From positions 1,024,395 through 1,088,394 of the forward strand of contig OY843748.1 of the NCBI GenBank assembly GCA_963693015.1: DNA of 64,000 nt. Direction: 5' to 3'. The position numbers and the translations under genes are program-made. This DNA comes from a bacterium (GTDB taxonomy: Bacteria > JAAXHH01). Positions 39,735 through 48,800 of the stretch are shown here, one piece after another; the first letter of the stretch is position 1; the number at the start of each line of letters is the position of its first letter. The notes beneath the pieces were generated by a model, which searched no databases, had not been told where the DNA came from, and saw nothing but the letters and a program-made list of their open reading frames with translations.

Positions 39735-40853
39735 TTATGTAAACTTGATGCCCAGTATCCGCGCGGCCGTGCCGCCCATGATCGCGGCCAGGTCCGCCTC
39801 GCTGAGAAACCCCGCGTACTTCTCGATCCAGTCCCGGGACTGGCGGTAGGTGCAGAACCGGTTCTGGAAGGGCATGTCCGTGCCCCACAGCAACCGGTCG
39901 GCACCGATCCGGTCGACCATCTCCTCCAGGGCCGGCAAGGCCTCGCGGTAGGGAAAGTCGAAGAGGTCGCCGATGCGCACGGGAAAGCAGACTTCCATGC
40001 TGAGATTAGGGTTCTCGTAGGGCCGCCACAGGCCTTCCGGCAGCACGAGCCGGTCGCCGTCGATGAACATGCGCCACGGGAAGCCGTGGGTGATGCTGCA
40101 GACCGTGTCCGGGTACCGGTCCATCCAGTCCATGAGCACGCCGAGTTCGTCCAGGTAACCCTGCGTGAGGTCGGCATGGTAGCCGAGCACGGGCCCGGCG
40201 CCCAGGGTAAAGAAAACCGGTACATTCAGGGCGGCCACGGCATCCCAGAACGGGCGGTAAACGCCCCCGCTCCAGGGCTGCCTGCTTCCGTGGTAGGCCA
40301 GCGTGGCATTGAACTTGACGGCGTGCAGGCCGTGGGTGCGCGCGGCGCGTTCGATTTCCCCGATCACCCGGTCCGTTTCCGCGGCGATGCGCCATTCGTC
40401 CACGGGCGCCATGGAGTACAGCCGGCCGGGAAAGGCGGCGACGCATTCGGCCTGAAAGGCGCTGTCGCGGTTCAGCATGGGATTGGTATGGAGCAGGGCG
40501 GCGTCCACGCCCGCGTAGTCCATCTCGGCGACCAGGCCGTCGGGCGTGTATTCCAGGTTGCGGAGGTGGGGCGGGTAGAACTGCTTGGTGCAGTCTTCGC
40601 CGTCGATCGTCCACACCACGCGTCCGTGGGTGGGGTCTACGCGGAAGTCCACGTCGGGGAGCGTGGACCAGTCGCCCGGCGACGCGGGCGCGATCGCCTC
40701 CGACGAGGCGGGCGCCCGGTCCCGGACCCGCCAGGCCGGCTGGTGGTGGACCGCGTGCTCGGCCTGCATCCACCGGAGGTGCTCACGGGCGTCGGCGTAC
40801 CCGGCCTTCGCGTCTCCCGGCGGGAAGCAGTACGCATGGGAATCGATGATCAT
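39735..40853 (-). CDS. Amidohydrolase-2 family metal-dependent hydrolase
   Basis: 372 aa. MIIDSHAYCFPP...LLHTNPM...LLWGTDMPF, a PF04909-like pattern. Confidence 0.7.
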   Translation of the reverse strand: MIIDSHAYCFPPGDAKAGYADAREHLRWMQAEHAVHHQPAWRVRDRAPASSEAIAPASPGDWSTLPDVDFRVDPTHGRVVWTIDGEDCTKQFYPPHLRNLEYTPDGLVAEMDYAGVDAALLHTNPMLNRDSAFQAECVAAFPGRLYSMAPVDEWRIAAETDRVIGEIERAARTHGLHAVKFNATLAYHGSRQPWSGGVYRPFWDAVAALNVPVFFTLGAGPVLGYHADLTQGYLDELGVLMDWMDRYPDTVCSITHGFPWRMFIDGDRLVLPEGLWRPYENPNLSMEVCFPVRIGDLFDFPYREALPALEEMVDRIGADRLLWGTDMPFQNRFCTYRQSRDWIEKYAGFLSEADLAAIMGGTAARILGIKFT

Positions 40854-40893
40854 GGAACGGGGTTGGGTCCCCTGGTGAAATCGGAAACGGTCC

Positions 40894-42075
40894 CTAGCTC
40901 TCGAAGGTCCGGATGGTACGGGTCACCTGGCCGTTGCTCTCCCAGTAGGTCTTCTTGCCCGCCAGATAAGGGTCGTCCGGCGCCGGCTGCACCGTGCCGG
41001 CCATCGTTACGCCCCGCGACGTGATCGTATGCTCGCCGGGGGACGGGCGGTCCCAGTCCAGCCGCCAGAACTTCCAGGCGTATTCGGCGTCCTCGCCCTC
41101 GATGACCTCGGCGGTCTGCCACGGACCGTCGTCAATGCGCACCTGCACCTCCCTGAGCGGCTCGCCCCAGGCCGCGCCGTAGATCCGGTGCAGGGGGCCG
41201 ACCCGGGTGACCCGCGCCGTGACGGAATTGATGCGGGCCTTGCCCACGGACTCCTGGCGCCACACGGTCTCCCCGTTGTGGGTCTCCTCGCGGACCGTGA
41301 CATAGTCCCGCGAAATGAACCGGCCCATGTACCGGGTCGTGCGCACCTCGATGCGCTTCAGCCATTTCACCTGGGTGATGCCGTACCAGCCGGGGACAAT
41401 GAGACGCAAAGGGTATCCGTGCTTCGGCGGCAGCGTCTGGCCGTTCACCTCGTAGCACAGCAGGATGTCCGGATCCATGGCCTGCGCCATGGTCAGCGAC
41501 CGGGCGAAGTTCTGCTTCATGGTCACCGGTTCGCTGCGCCGGGGCGTGATGACTTCCTCCCCTTCGTCGTGACCGAAGAAAACCACCTCGATGCCGTTGT
41601 CCCACACCCCCGCCCGCTCCAGGATCGGCGCCAGCGGCGTGCCGGTCCACCGGGCGTTATACACGCCGCCGCGAAACACGGGCACGCCCCGGTTGCCCGA
41701 GCATTCGAGCGTGAAGTCGAGCTCTCTGCGCGGCAGGGACTTGATCTCGTCCAGGTCCAGGTTGAGCTTCTGCCTCACCGCGCCCGAAACCTCGAGGCTG
41801 TAGTTCTGCCCGTCCACCGTCGGCTCGGGATAGTGGCTGGCCGAAAAGAACTGGTCCACGGGCGTGATCCACGACTCCAGGCCGTTCCAGTCCAGCAGGA
41901 CGAAATCGGGCGTGCGCGGCGGACCGAACTCGTCAATCCAGTCCACGGGCGTTTCGTCCCGGGCCAGCTCGGCCAACTGGGCCAGCACGTGGGAAGGCAG
42001 CAGCGTCATGCCGGCCGCGGCGAGTCCGCCCCTGATCAGTACGTCCCGACGGGACAGGTTGGTTTTCCCAGCCAT
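40894..42075 (-). CDS. Sulfite-oxidase-family molybdopterin oxidoreductase with a Tat signal peptide
   Basis: The start MAGKTNLSRRDVLIRGGLAAAGMTLLP at 42075 has GGGAGGA 6 nt upstream. The Moco cysteine motif TLECSGNRG and the downstream dimerisation-like domain are present. The track extension to 42408 is rejected. Confidence 0.8.
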   Translation of the reverse strand: MAGKTNLSRRDVLIRGGLAAAGMTLLPSHVLAQLAELARDETPVDWIDEFGPPRTPDFVLLDWNGLESWITPVDQFFSASHYPEPTVDGQNYSLEVSGAVRQKLNLDLDEIKSLPRRELDFTLECSGNRGVPVFRGGVYNARWTGTPLAPILERAGVWDNGIEVVFFGHDEGEEVITPRRSEPVTMKQNFARSLTMAQAMDPDILLCYEVNGQTLPPKHGYPLRLIVPGWYGITQVKWLKRIEVRTTRYMGRFISRDYVTVREETHNGETVWRQESVGKARINSVTARVTRVGPLHRIYGAAWGEPLREVQVRIDDGPWQTAEVIEGEDAEYAWKFWRLDWDRPSPGEHTITSRGVTMAGTVQPAPDDPYLAGKKTYWESNGQVTRTIRTFES

Positions 42076-42096
42076 ATGCGTATCCTCCCGGCTAAG

Positions 42097-42200
42097 CCGG
42101 TTCGCTCCGGCGGCCCCGGTTTGCTCCGGCGGCTCCAAGTCACTCCGGCGGCACCGACTGGCTCCGGCGACCGGTTCGCTCCGGCGGCCCCGGTTCACTG
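42097..42200 (+). repeat. Tandem 19-nt repeat x5.5 (ccggttcgctccggcggcc and variants; core gctccggcgg) about 22 nt upstream of the molybdoenzyme start codon
   Basis: Direct reading of 42097-42200. It is intergenic between the molybdoenzyme (minus strand) and the sialidase-like gene (plus strand). Confidence 0.7.
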
Positions 42201-42365
42201 AGTCAATTCGGTTTGGGATGTGATGCTGATGATCGGTACTATGATACATTGAGCGGGCCGAGCAGATCAAGGGCAATGTGTGGCTGTTGACAAGCGCGCC
42301 CCATCCGGGTAGTATCGATTGTCCATCACGAACGCCGGAGGTCTTGTATCTGGAGGTCTTGTAAA

Positions 42366-43520
42366 ATGAACGACATGCTCGCCGAAGATTACCTCGTGCT
42401 GGCTTCATCGCCCGACCCGGAGAACGTGTACGCCGGATCGCCCTCGATCGCCCGCATGCGCTCCGGCCGCCTGCTGGCCAGTTACGAGTGGTTTCGCGCC
42501 AAACCCAACAAGGAAGCGGTGCCGAATTCTACCGAGGTGCTGGTCAGCGACGACGACGGTGCCACGTGGACCCTGGCGGCCTGCCAGGATTTTATCTGGG
42601 CAACGATATGGTCTCATGAAGACGACGCCTATCTCATCGGAAACAGGCGAAAGAGCCGGGATATTATCATCGGCCGGTCTCGCGACGGCGGCTTTACCTG
42701 GGAAGGACCGGTCACGCTCTTCGAGGGGAAGCACCACTGCGCGCCTACGCCCGTACTGATCCACAACGGCCACGCCTACCGCGCCTTCGAGACCTGCGAC
42801 GCGCCCAGCCGCTTCGACTGGAAATCGCTGGTGGTGGCCGGCGACCTTTCGCGGGACCTCCTGGATCCGGCAGCCTGGCGCATGTCCAACCACGTCCGGT
42901 TCCCGGGCATCCCCGACGTGCTATCGCAGCGGAAGTACCCGGAAAGCCTGGAAGACAAGGTGCCGGCCGACAGCTTCCTCGAGGGCAATATCGTGCTGGT
43001 GGACGGCGAGATCCGGATGATCATGCGCACGATCGTCGACGGGCACACGACATCCAGCCTGGCCTCCATCGGCCGGGTCGAGGACGACGGACGGAACCTC
43101 GACTACCGATTCCTCCAGTACCACCCCATGCCGGGCGCCCAGTGCAAGTTCCAGATCGTCCACGACGAAGTGGGCGGGCTGTACTGGACCACGGTGACCC
43201 TGTCCACCAACCCGTGGCAGGACCGGGAACCCCTCCGGCGCATCGGTTTCAGCGGTCCTCCGGGCAACGAGCGGCGCATCCTCATGCTCATGTACAGCGT
43301 GGACGCCCTCAACTGGTTCCAGGCCGGCTGCGTGGCCATGAGCAGGAGCATGATGGAGTCCTTCAGCTACGCCTCGCAGGTCATCTCAGGAGACGATCTC
43401 CTGGTCGTCGCTCGCACCGCCCGCGGCGGCAAGAACCAGCACGACACCAACCTGGTCACCCTCCACCGGGTGAAGGGATTCCGCGATCTGGCGCTGGATC
43501 TGCGGCCGGTGGATGTGTGA
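42366..43520 (+). CDS. BNR/Asp-box repeat protein (sialidase/glycoside-hydrolase-like beta-propeller), no signal peptide
   Basis: 384 aa with Asp-box motifs SDDDGATWT and SRDGGFTW. Confidence 0.65.
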   Translation: MNDMLAEDYLVLASSPDPENVYAGSPSIARMRSGRLLASYEWFRAKPNKEAVPNSTEVLVSDDDGATWTLAACQDFIWATIWSHEDDAYLIGNRRKSRDIIIGRSRDGGFTWEGPVTLFEGKHHCAPTPVLIHNGHAYRAFETCDAPSRFDWKSLVVAGDLSRDLLDPAAWRMSNHVRFPGIPDVLSQRKYPESLEDKVPADSFLEGNIVLVDGEIRMIMRTIVDGHTTSSLASIGRVEDDGRNLDYRFLQYHPMPGAQCKFQIVHDEVGGLYWTTVTLSTNPWQDREPLRRIGFSGPPGNERRILMLMYSVDALNWFQAGCVAMSRSMMESFSYASQVISGDDLLVVARTARGGKNQHDTNLVTLHRVKGFRDLALDLRPVDV

Positions 43521-43563
43521 TAAAGATACCGCGTTACTTGCCGGCCTGATGGAGGATGAATTG

Positions 43564-43917
43564 ATGAGAACCAACGGCGTGAAGACCAAGCACCGATTCG
43601 ACGACACGAGAATCGAACAGGGCAGCGGCAATGTCTTCGCCGACCTGGAACTCCCGAACGCCGACATGCATCTACTCAAGGCGGAGTTGGTCGCACGAAT
43701 CGACAGAATCATCCGCCGACGCGGCCTGAAACAGGTGGAGGCAGCAAAGCTGCTAGGGTTGTCTCAACCTGACGTGTCGCGCCTGCTGCGGGGTAACTTC
43801 CAAGAGTATTCGATGGAACGGCTTCTGCGTCTCCTGACTACGCTGGGACGAGACGTGAGCATCGTAATCAGTGAGTCGCCCTCGGAACGGCCGGGACGGC
43901 TCAGCATAGAAGCGTGA
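43564..43917 (+). CDS. XRE-family HTH protein of the extended-N-terminus antitoxin type (COG5606-like), apparently orphan
   Basis: The start at 43564 has GGAGGA 7 nt upstream. ...GSGNVFADLELPNADMHLLKAELVARIDRIIRRRGLKQVEAAKLLGLSQPDVSRLLRGNF... fits the antitoxin-type XRE pattern. GC starts to fall here. Confidence 0.65.
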   Translation: MRTNGVKTKHRFDDTRIEQGSGNVFADLELPNADMHLLKAELVARIDRIIRRRGLKQVEAAKLLGLSQPDVSRLLRGNFQEYSMERLLRLLTTLGRDVSIVISESPSERPGRLSIEA

Positions 43918-44121
43918 ACCGCCATCCAGGCCAAGCTCCTCCACGATCGGGGTTGGAAATCCGAACTATGGAAATTGGATTTGGCGTTTTGTATCGGATT
44001 GTGAAGGACCTCGTCGCGCACGAAGTGGAGTCGAATCAACTTGGGTCGCGCCATGGACTCGTCAAAGTAGCAGTCGACAGCCTCCTTCACGTTGCTGATG
44101 AAGTAGGCCGTATCCTCGAAA

Positions 44122-45324
44122 TCAAGCGTTCGGTCCGGCCGGGTCCGGCTCGAAATGGAACGTTACCCGGACGAATCTGTCGCGTTCGAAGTTTTCGAGC
44201 GTCGGCTCCGTCCCGTTGAAGTTGCGCATGGCGTGGCGCATGGCAAGCCAGCCCCTGCCGCGGCGTTCCATGAGCCCGCGCACGACCATGGCGTTCGCCA
44301 TCATCTCGTTGCGCGATCGGGGGGCGCCACCCATCTGCGCCTGTTCGACCGTCATGTGGTTCGGGAGCGCGCCAGGGCTGGTCACCACGATGCGGTCGTC
44401 GAAGACCTCCAGCATCACCTGGGAGCCGGCGATGGCGTAGTCCCGGTGAATGACCGCGTTCACCAACGCCTCGCGGAGCACGTCTTCCGGGATGAGCGGG
44501 ACGTCCTCGCGGTAGAGTCCCCTGTAAATCTCTCTTCTCCCCAGGCTGCGGAACCACCCCATGGACCGGTGAACCTGCTCGTCCAGCCGTCCACGGCCCT
44601 CGCCCGCGCTCAGAACGTCGGATGCCTGGTCGACGCCTCCGTACCTGGCGCATTGGATGAACAGGCTCGTGGCGTGCGGAAACCCCTGGGGGTCCTTGCC
44701 GAAGACCATCAGGCCGTAAAGGGTTGGGCGGAGCGTCCCGTTCAGGCGGTCGCATACCGAGGCGTTGCGCAAATCGCTCTCAACGTCAGGCTGCGGAACA
44801 TCCTCCACGCGCATGCCCTGCGCCCGCATGTACGAGCGAAACGCGTTCATTTCGATGTCGTCCGCGGTCGCGGACGCGATGACCTGCTGCTCCGTGAGGA
44901 CCAGGCCGAAGACGTTGAACAGTTCCTGCAACTCGGAAGGAGAAGGCGCCGCGGTGGCGCGGCCCCGACGGATCCAGAAGCGCCCGTCATAGCTGAACGG
45001 CTCGTATCCCCGCCGCTGGCGAGGAACGTCAACCCAGTGCACCCATCCGGCATCCGTGAGATACCGGTCGCACTCAGCGGTGACCGGCGTGCCGCAGCCG
45101 TTCTGCAGGAAGTTCGTCAGCCGTTCCTGCGCGCTTTCCGGGTCTTCCCGCGCTCCCGCTACGACGCCGGAGTTGTCTACACCGATGACGAGCAGTCCCC
45201 CGTCGCCGTTGGCGAATGCGCACAGCGTCCTGCCGAGAGAACTGAAGTCACCGAGTCCCCGCTTGAATTCCGTGTGGCTGTTCTCTCCGCTTTTGATGCG
45301 CCGCTGCACTTCCGGCCAATCCAT
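44122..45324 (-). CDS. AlbA_2 (Schlafen-like divergent AAA) plus HATPase_c_4 domain protein; putative DNA-binding or ATP-binding regulator
   Basis: 400 aa. N-terminal ENSHTEFKRGLGDFSSLGRTLCAFANGDGGLLVIGVDNSG is AlbA_2-like. The C-terminal LREALVNAVIHRDY...GRG block is RecG-C/HATPase_c_4-like. Confidence 0.7.
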   Translation of the reverse strand: MDWPEVQRRIKSGENSHTEFKRGLGDFSSLGRTLCAFANGDGGLLVIGVDNSGVVAGAREDPESAQERLTNFLQNGCGTPVTAECDRYLTDAGWVHWVDVPRQRRGYEPFSYDGRFWIRRGRATAAPSPSELQELFNVFGLVLTEQQVIASATADDIEMNAFRSYMRAQGMRVEDVPQPDVESDLRNASVCDRLNGTLRPTLYGLMVFGKDPQGFPHATSLFIQCARYGGVDQASDVLSAGEGRGRLDEQVHRSMGWFRSLGRREIYRGLYREDVPLIPEDVLREALVNAVIHRDYAIAGSQVMLEVFDDRIVVTSPGALPNHMTVEQAQMGGAPRSRNEMMANAMVVRGLMERRGRGWLAMRHAMRNFNGTEPTLENFERDRFVRVTFHFEPDPAGPNA

Positions 45325-45459
45325 GCGCGCCTCTCAATGAACGCCTCTCTAATGTACGCCTCTCAGAACCCGTTATTTTGTTGCCGCCGCCGGAAGACTT
45401 CGTCGTCGCCGTCCACGGTGTGGACCATAGCATCTCGAACGGATGCCGACTCTCTCTGT

Positions 45460-45498
45460 CAGACCGGCTCTCCGAGCTATCAGACTGGCTTGCCGAGC
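45460..45498 (+). repeat. Two 18-nt imperfect direct repeats (cagaccggctctccgagc / cagactggcttgccgagc) in a divergent promoter region
   Basis: Direct reading. It lies between the AlbA_2 gene start (45324, minus strand) and the giant HTH gene start (45872, plus strand). The intergenic region 45325-45871 is AT-rich. Confidence 0.4.
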
Positions 45499-45871
45499 GT
45501 CTGAACTCCGGCCAGCCACCGCATTTGCAATGGTAATGATAAACGTATTCGGCGGGTGCGGCAATCCATAATGGCGATCCGGATTGAGATTGCGACCTCG
45601 ACATGTATTCACTTTGATCCCGACAGTGCTGTTTTGAATAATGCGGAAAACCATGCAGGCGAGATGGACGTCGCCGTGATCACCGACCAAGGTCGAGTTC
45701 GACCTACAGATGACGCACGATTCGGATTTCGCCCCTTAACCCGGATGTGCGAAATGCAGTTAATCCTTATGTTCACGATTTTGTATTGCGTAACGATACA
45801 GAATACAGTATATTCCGGCATAACAGTAATCCATAAAGTACAGCATCTCCGATTCACAAAGGATACAAGCC

Positions 45872-48800
45872 ATGGCCCAATACGGAACCACTGAGGATAA
45901 TATCCATCCTGGAGCATATGTCAGTCGGGAGGTCATCCCGAAGGGTATGTCGGTCACTAAAGCCGCAGAACTGCTTGGAGTAGGACGACCGGCATTGTCC
46001 AACTTTCTGAACGGCAATGCGGCCCTGTCACAGGAGATGGCACTACGACTCGAACGCACCTTCGGAGCTGACCGAGAAGCCCTGCTTGATCTCCAGGCAA
46101 AGTATGATCGTCGCGACGAAGCCATTGATACACCTGTCGCCGCCGGCCGCCACGCGCCGACGCTGGTCCAGATTACAGCCCGGAGAATCGAGGAGTGGGC
46201 CGACACGATAGTCGCCAGGGAAGAATTGCCCGCGCTACTGCGACGGCTCGTCTACTCAACCGGGAACCAACTCACTCGTGTCGACTTCCCCGCCTTCGAC
46301 AACGCCCAACGGCCCGGATGGGACGGCGAGGTCGAGTTGCCGGTCCCGACGCCCTGGATACCAGCCGGCCGGTCAGGATGGGAATTCGGGTGCAGTGAAA
46401 GACCCGCAACCAAGGCAAACGCAGATTACACGAAGCGCGTCCGGGCGTTTCCTTCAGGGGAACGGCGCAAAAGGACATTTGTTTTCGTCACGCCGCGCAA
46501 CTGGCCAGGGAAAGGCAAATGGGCTGCAGAGAAAGCGGCTCAGGGGGACTGGAAAGATGTGCGCGCCTATGATGCAAGCGATCTGGAACAGTGGCTCGAA
46601 CAGTCCGCCGAGACGCAGGTATGGTTCTCCGAACGGCTCGGAGTTCCGATTGAGGGCTTCCGGTCGCCCGAAATGTGCTGGTCCGATTGGGCTAATGTTT
46701 GCGAACCAGTCCTGTCACCTTCGCTGTTCTCGTTAGCCGAAGGTTCTATCGATGACTTTAATCGGTGGTTGAGTGCGCAGCCAGAACGGAATTTCATCGT
46801 GTCCGCCGACTCCCCCGACGAGGCGCTTGCATTCGCATGCCATGTTGTACGGGAGGCGAAATCCGATGTTGGCGAGCCCGGCGCCGGTGCACTCGTATTT
46901 GACACGCCGGAGTCCATACGGCGGTTCCGCGCATCGAATACCGCCCCGCGCATAGCAATCATCCACAACGCCGTGGTCGAGAGGGAGATCGGGGATCTCT
47001 GCCGGAGTTGCCACGTCATCATCATGCGACCCGCCAATGATGTAGATGTCGACCCCGATATCCGCCTCAAGCTACCGAGTTGGCAGTACTTATCGGACGC
47101 ATTGACATCCATGGAGATAGACGAGGACAGGATCGACAGGCTCATTCGAGAATCGGGTCGGTCACCGGCCGTATTGCGCAGACGGCTATCCACAGTACCT
47201 GCAATCCGCAATCCCGCCTGGTCCGGGAACCCTCAGATTGCCCGCAAGCTGTTACCAGCAGCCTTGGTCGGCGCCTGGAGCAAAGCCTCAACGGCCGACC
47301 TTGAGGTTGTCCGAAGACTCGTCCGTACGGACGATGACAACGTCGTGGAAGACCGTGTCATGGAGTTATTGAACCTCCCGGATTCACCCCTCTGGTCTAG
47401 AGGAGATTATCGGGGTGTGGTCTCGCGCATCGATGCGCTGTTTGGCATTGCCAGATTCGTTACCGGAGAGGCACTCAATATGTTCTTTTCCGAGGCCGAA
47501 CGTGTGCTATCCGAGTCCGACCCCGCACTTGACCTGCCCGAAAACGAAAGATGGACCGCCGCGGTGCATGGCAAGGTACGCGCTTATTCGGCCGCCCTAC
47601 GACAGGGAATCCGTGAAATGCTGGTGATTCTTGCCATCCATGGGAACCACCTGTTCCGAGATCGGCTGAACGTTGATCTTGAGAACAGGGTATCCTCACT
47701 TATTCGTGATTTGTTGACTCCCCTGACGCTCGATATCCTGCTTTCGCACCAAGAAGACCTTCCAGTTTACGCCGAAGCAGCCCCCGACGGCTTTCTCAAG
47801 ATCATCGAAGACGACCTAGATAAGCCGAATCCGGTCGTGTTCGGGCTGCTGAAGCCGGTTGACGCTAGTCTATTTGAAGATTGTCCGCGAACGGGGCTTT
47901 TATGGGCACTGGAATGTCTGGCCTGGAAGCATCCTTCAAAGGTGAGCTTGATACTCGCGAAAATGACGAGGATCCGTATCGATGACAACTGGGCGCACAA
48001 GCCCCTCGACAGCCTTCAGGCGATCTATCGATTTTGGATACCGCAGACCGCAGCTACCCTCGAAGATCGGGTGCGAGGACTTAAACTACTTGCGAACCGC
48101 AATCCGGAAGTTTGCTGGCAAATCTGTGTCGCTCAGTTCGATACTGGTCCACAATCCGCAACGCCCGCTTATCGGCCGCGCTGGCGCGACGAGGCGGAAG
48201 GCTCGGGTCATGGCGTTTCGCACGCACAGATCGTCGAATTCAGGAAGAAGGTGTTCGGCCTCATCCTACAGTGGCTGAACCACGACCATCGGACGCTTGG
48301 CGATCTTGTCGAGCGGTTTCATGGCTTTACCGACGAAGACCAATCTACAATCTGGGACCTGATTGAGGCCTGGGCGGTCGCCGCAGCGGACGACGGGACC
48401 AAATCCGAACTACGCGAACGAATCCGCGAAAAAATGTTCACTCGTAGTGGTATGCGACGGCGTATGCCGGAAGAATCTCTGGCTCGAGCGCGTACGGCAT
48501 ATGACCTGCTGAAACCGCAGGATCCGGTGGATCGAAATTCCTGGCTATTCAAAGACTACTGGATCGAACCATCCGCCGATGGAATCGAAGGTGAAGACAC
48601 CGAGAACCACGAAGATATTGTTCGCCAACTTCGTAGTTCCGCCATGGGAGAGATATGGTCGGAACGTGGTTTCCAGGGGGTGGCCGCTGTCCTGGTTAAT
48701 TGCGCGGTGCCCATGGACGTTGGGGACGCCCTGAACGTCCACATCACGGATTCCGGAGCGAGAGTCTGTTTCCTGCGACAGTGCCTCTCGGTTGCCGACT

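Noticed and set aside
39722-40225. N-terminal extension of ORF 38735..40225 (MYRFSLPWAPGPCSATMPTSRRVTWTNSACSW...)
   Set aside because: The Ser/Thr/Gly/Cys-rich stretch has no homology and overlaps the upstream amidohydrolase gene. The UxuA-like homology and a GGAGGT ribosome-binding site support the internal start at 39721.
42076-42408. N-terminal extension of the molybdoenzyme ORF (MKPARGNLRRACRSFYKTSRYKTSGV...)
   Set aside because: This region contains the 19-nt tandem repeat, has no coding character, and would bury the Tat signal internally. The start at 42075 has a GGGAGGA ribosome-binding site.
43914-44219. GTG-start ORF overlapping the XRE gene stop (GTGA), a possible toxin partner
   Set aside because: It overlaps the convergent AlbA_2 gene's 3' end on the other strand by about 100 nt, has no RelE/ParE-like or other toxin motif that I recognise, and in COG5606-type pairs the toxin normally lies upstream. 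It remains a weak possibility only.
45650-45720. tRNA-like hairpin (ggtcgagttcgacc) in the AT-rich spacer upstream of the giant gene, considered as a possible island integration tRNA
   Set aside because: It is only a single short stem-loop with no acceptor, anticodon or T-arm architecture, and no flanking direct repeat. It is probably a promoter-region hairpin.
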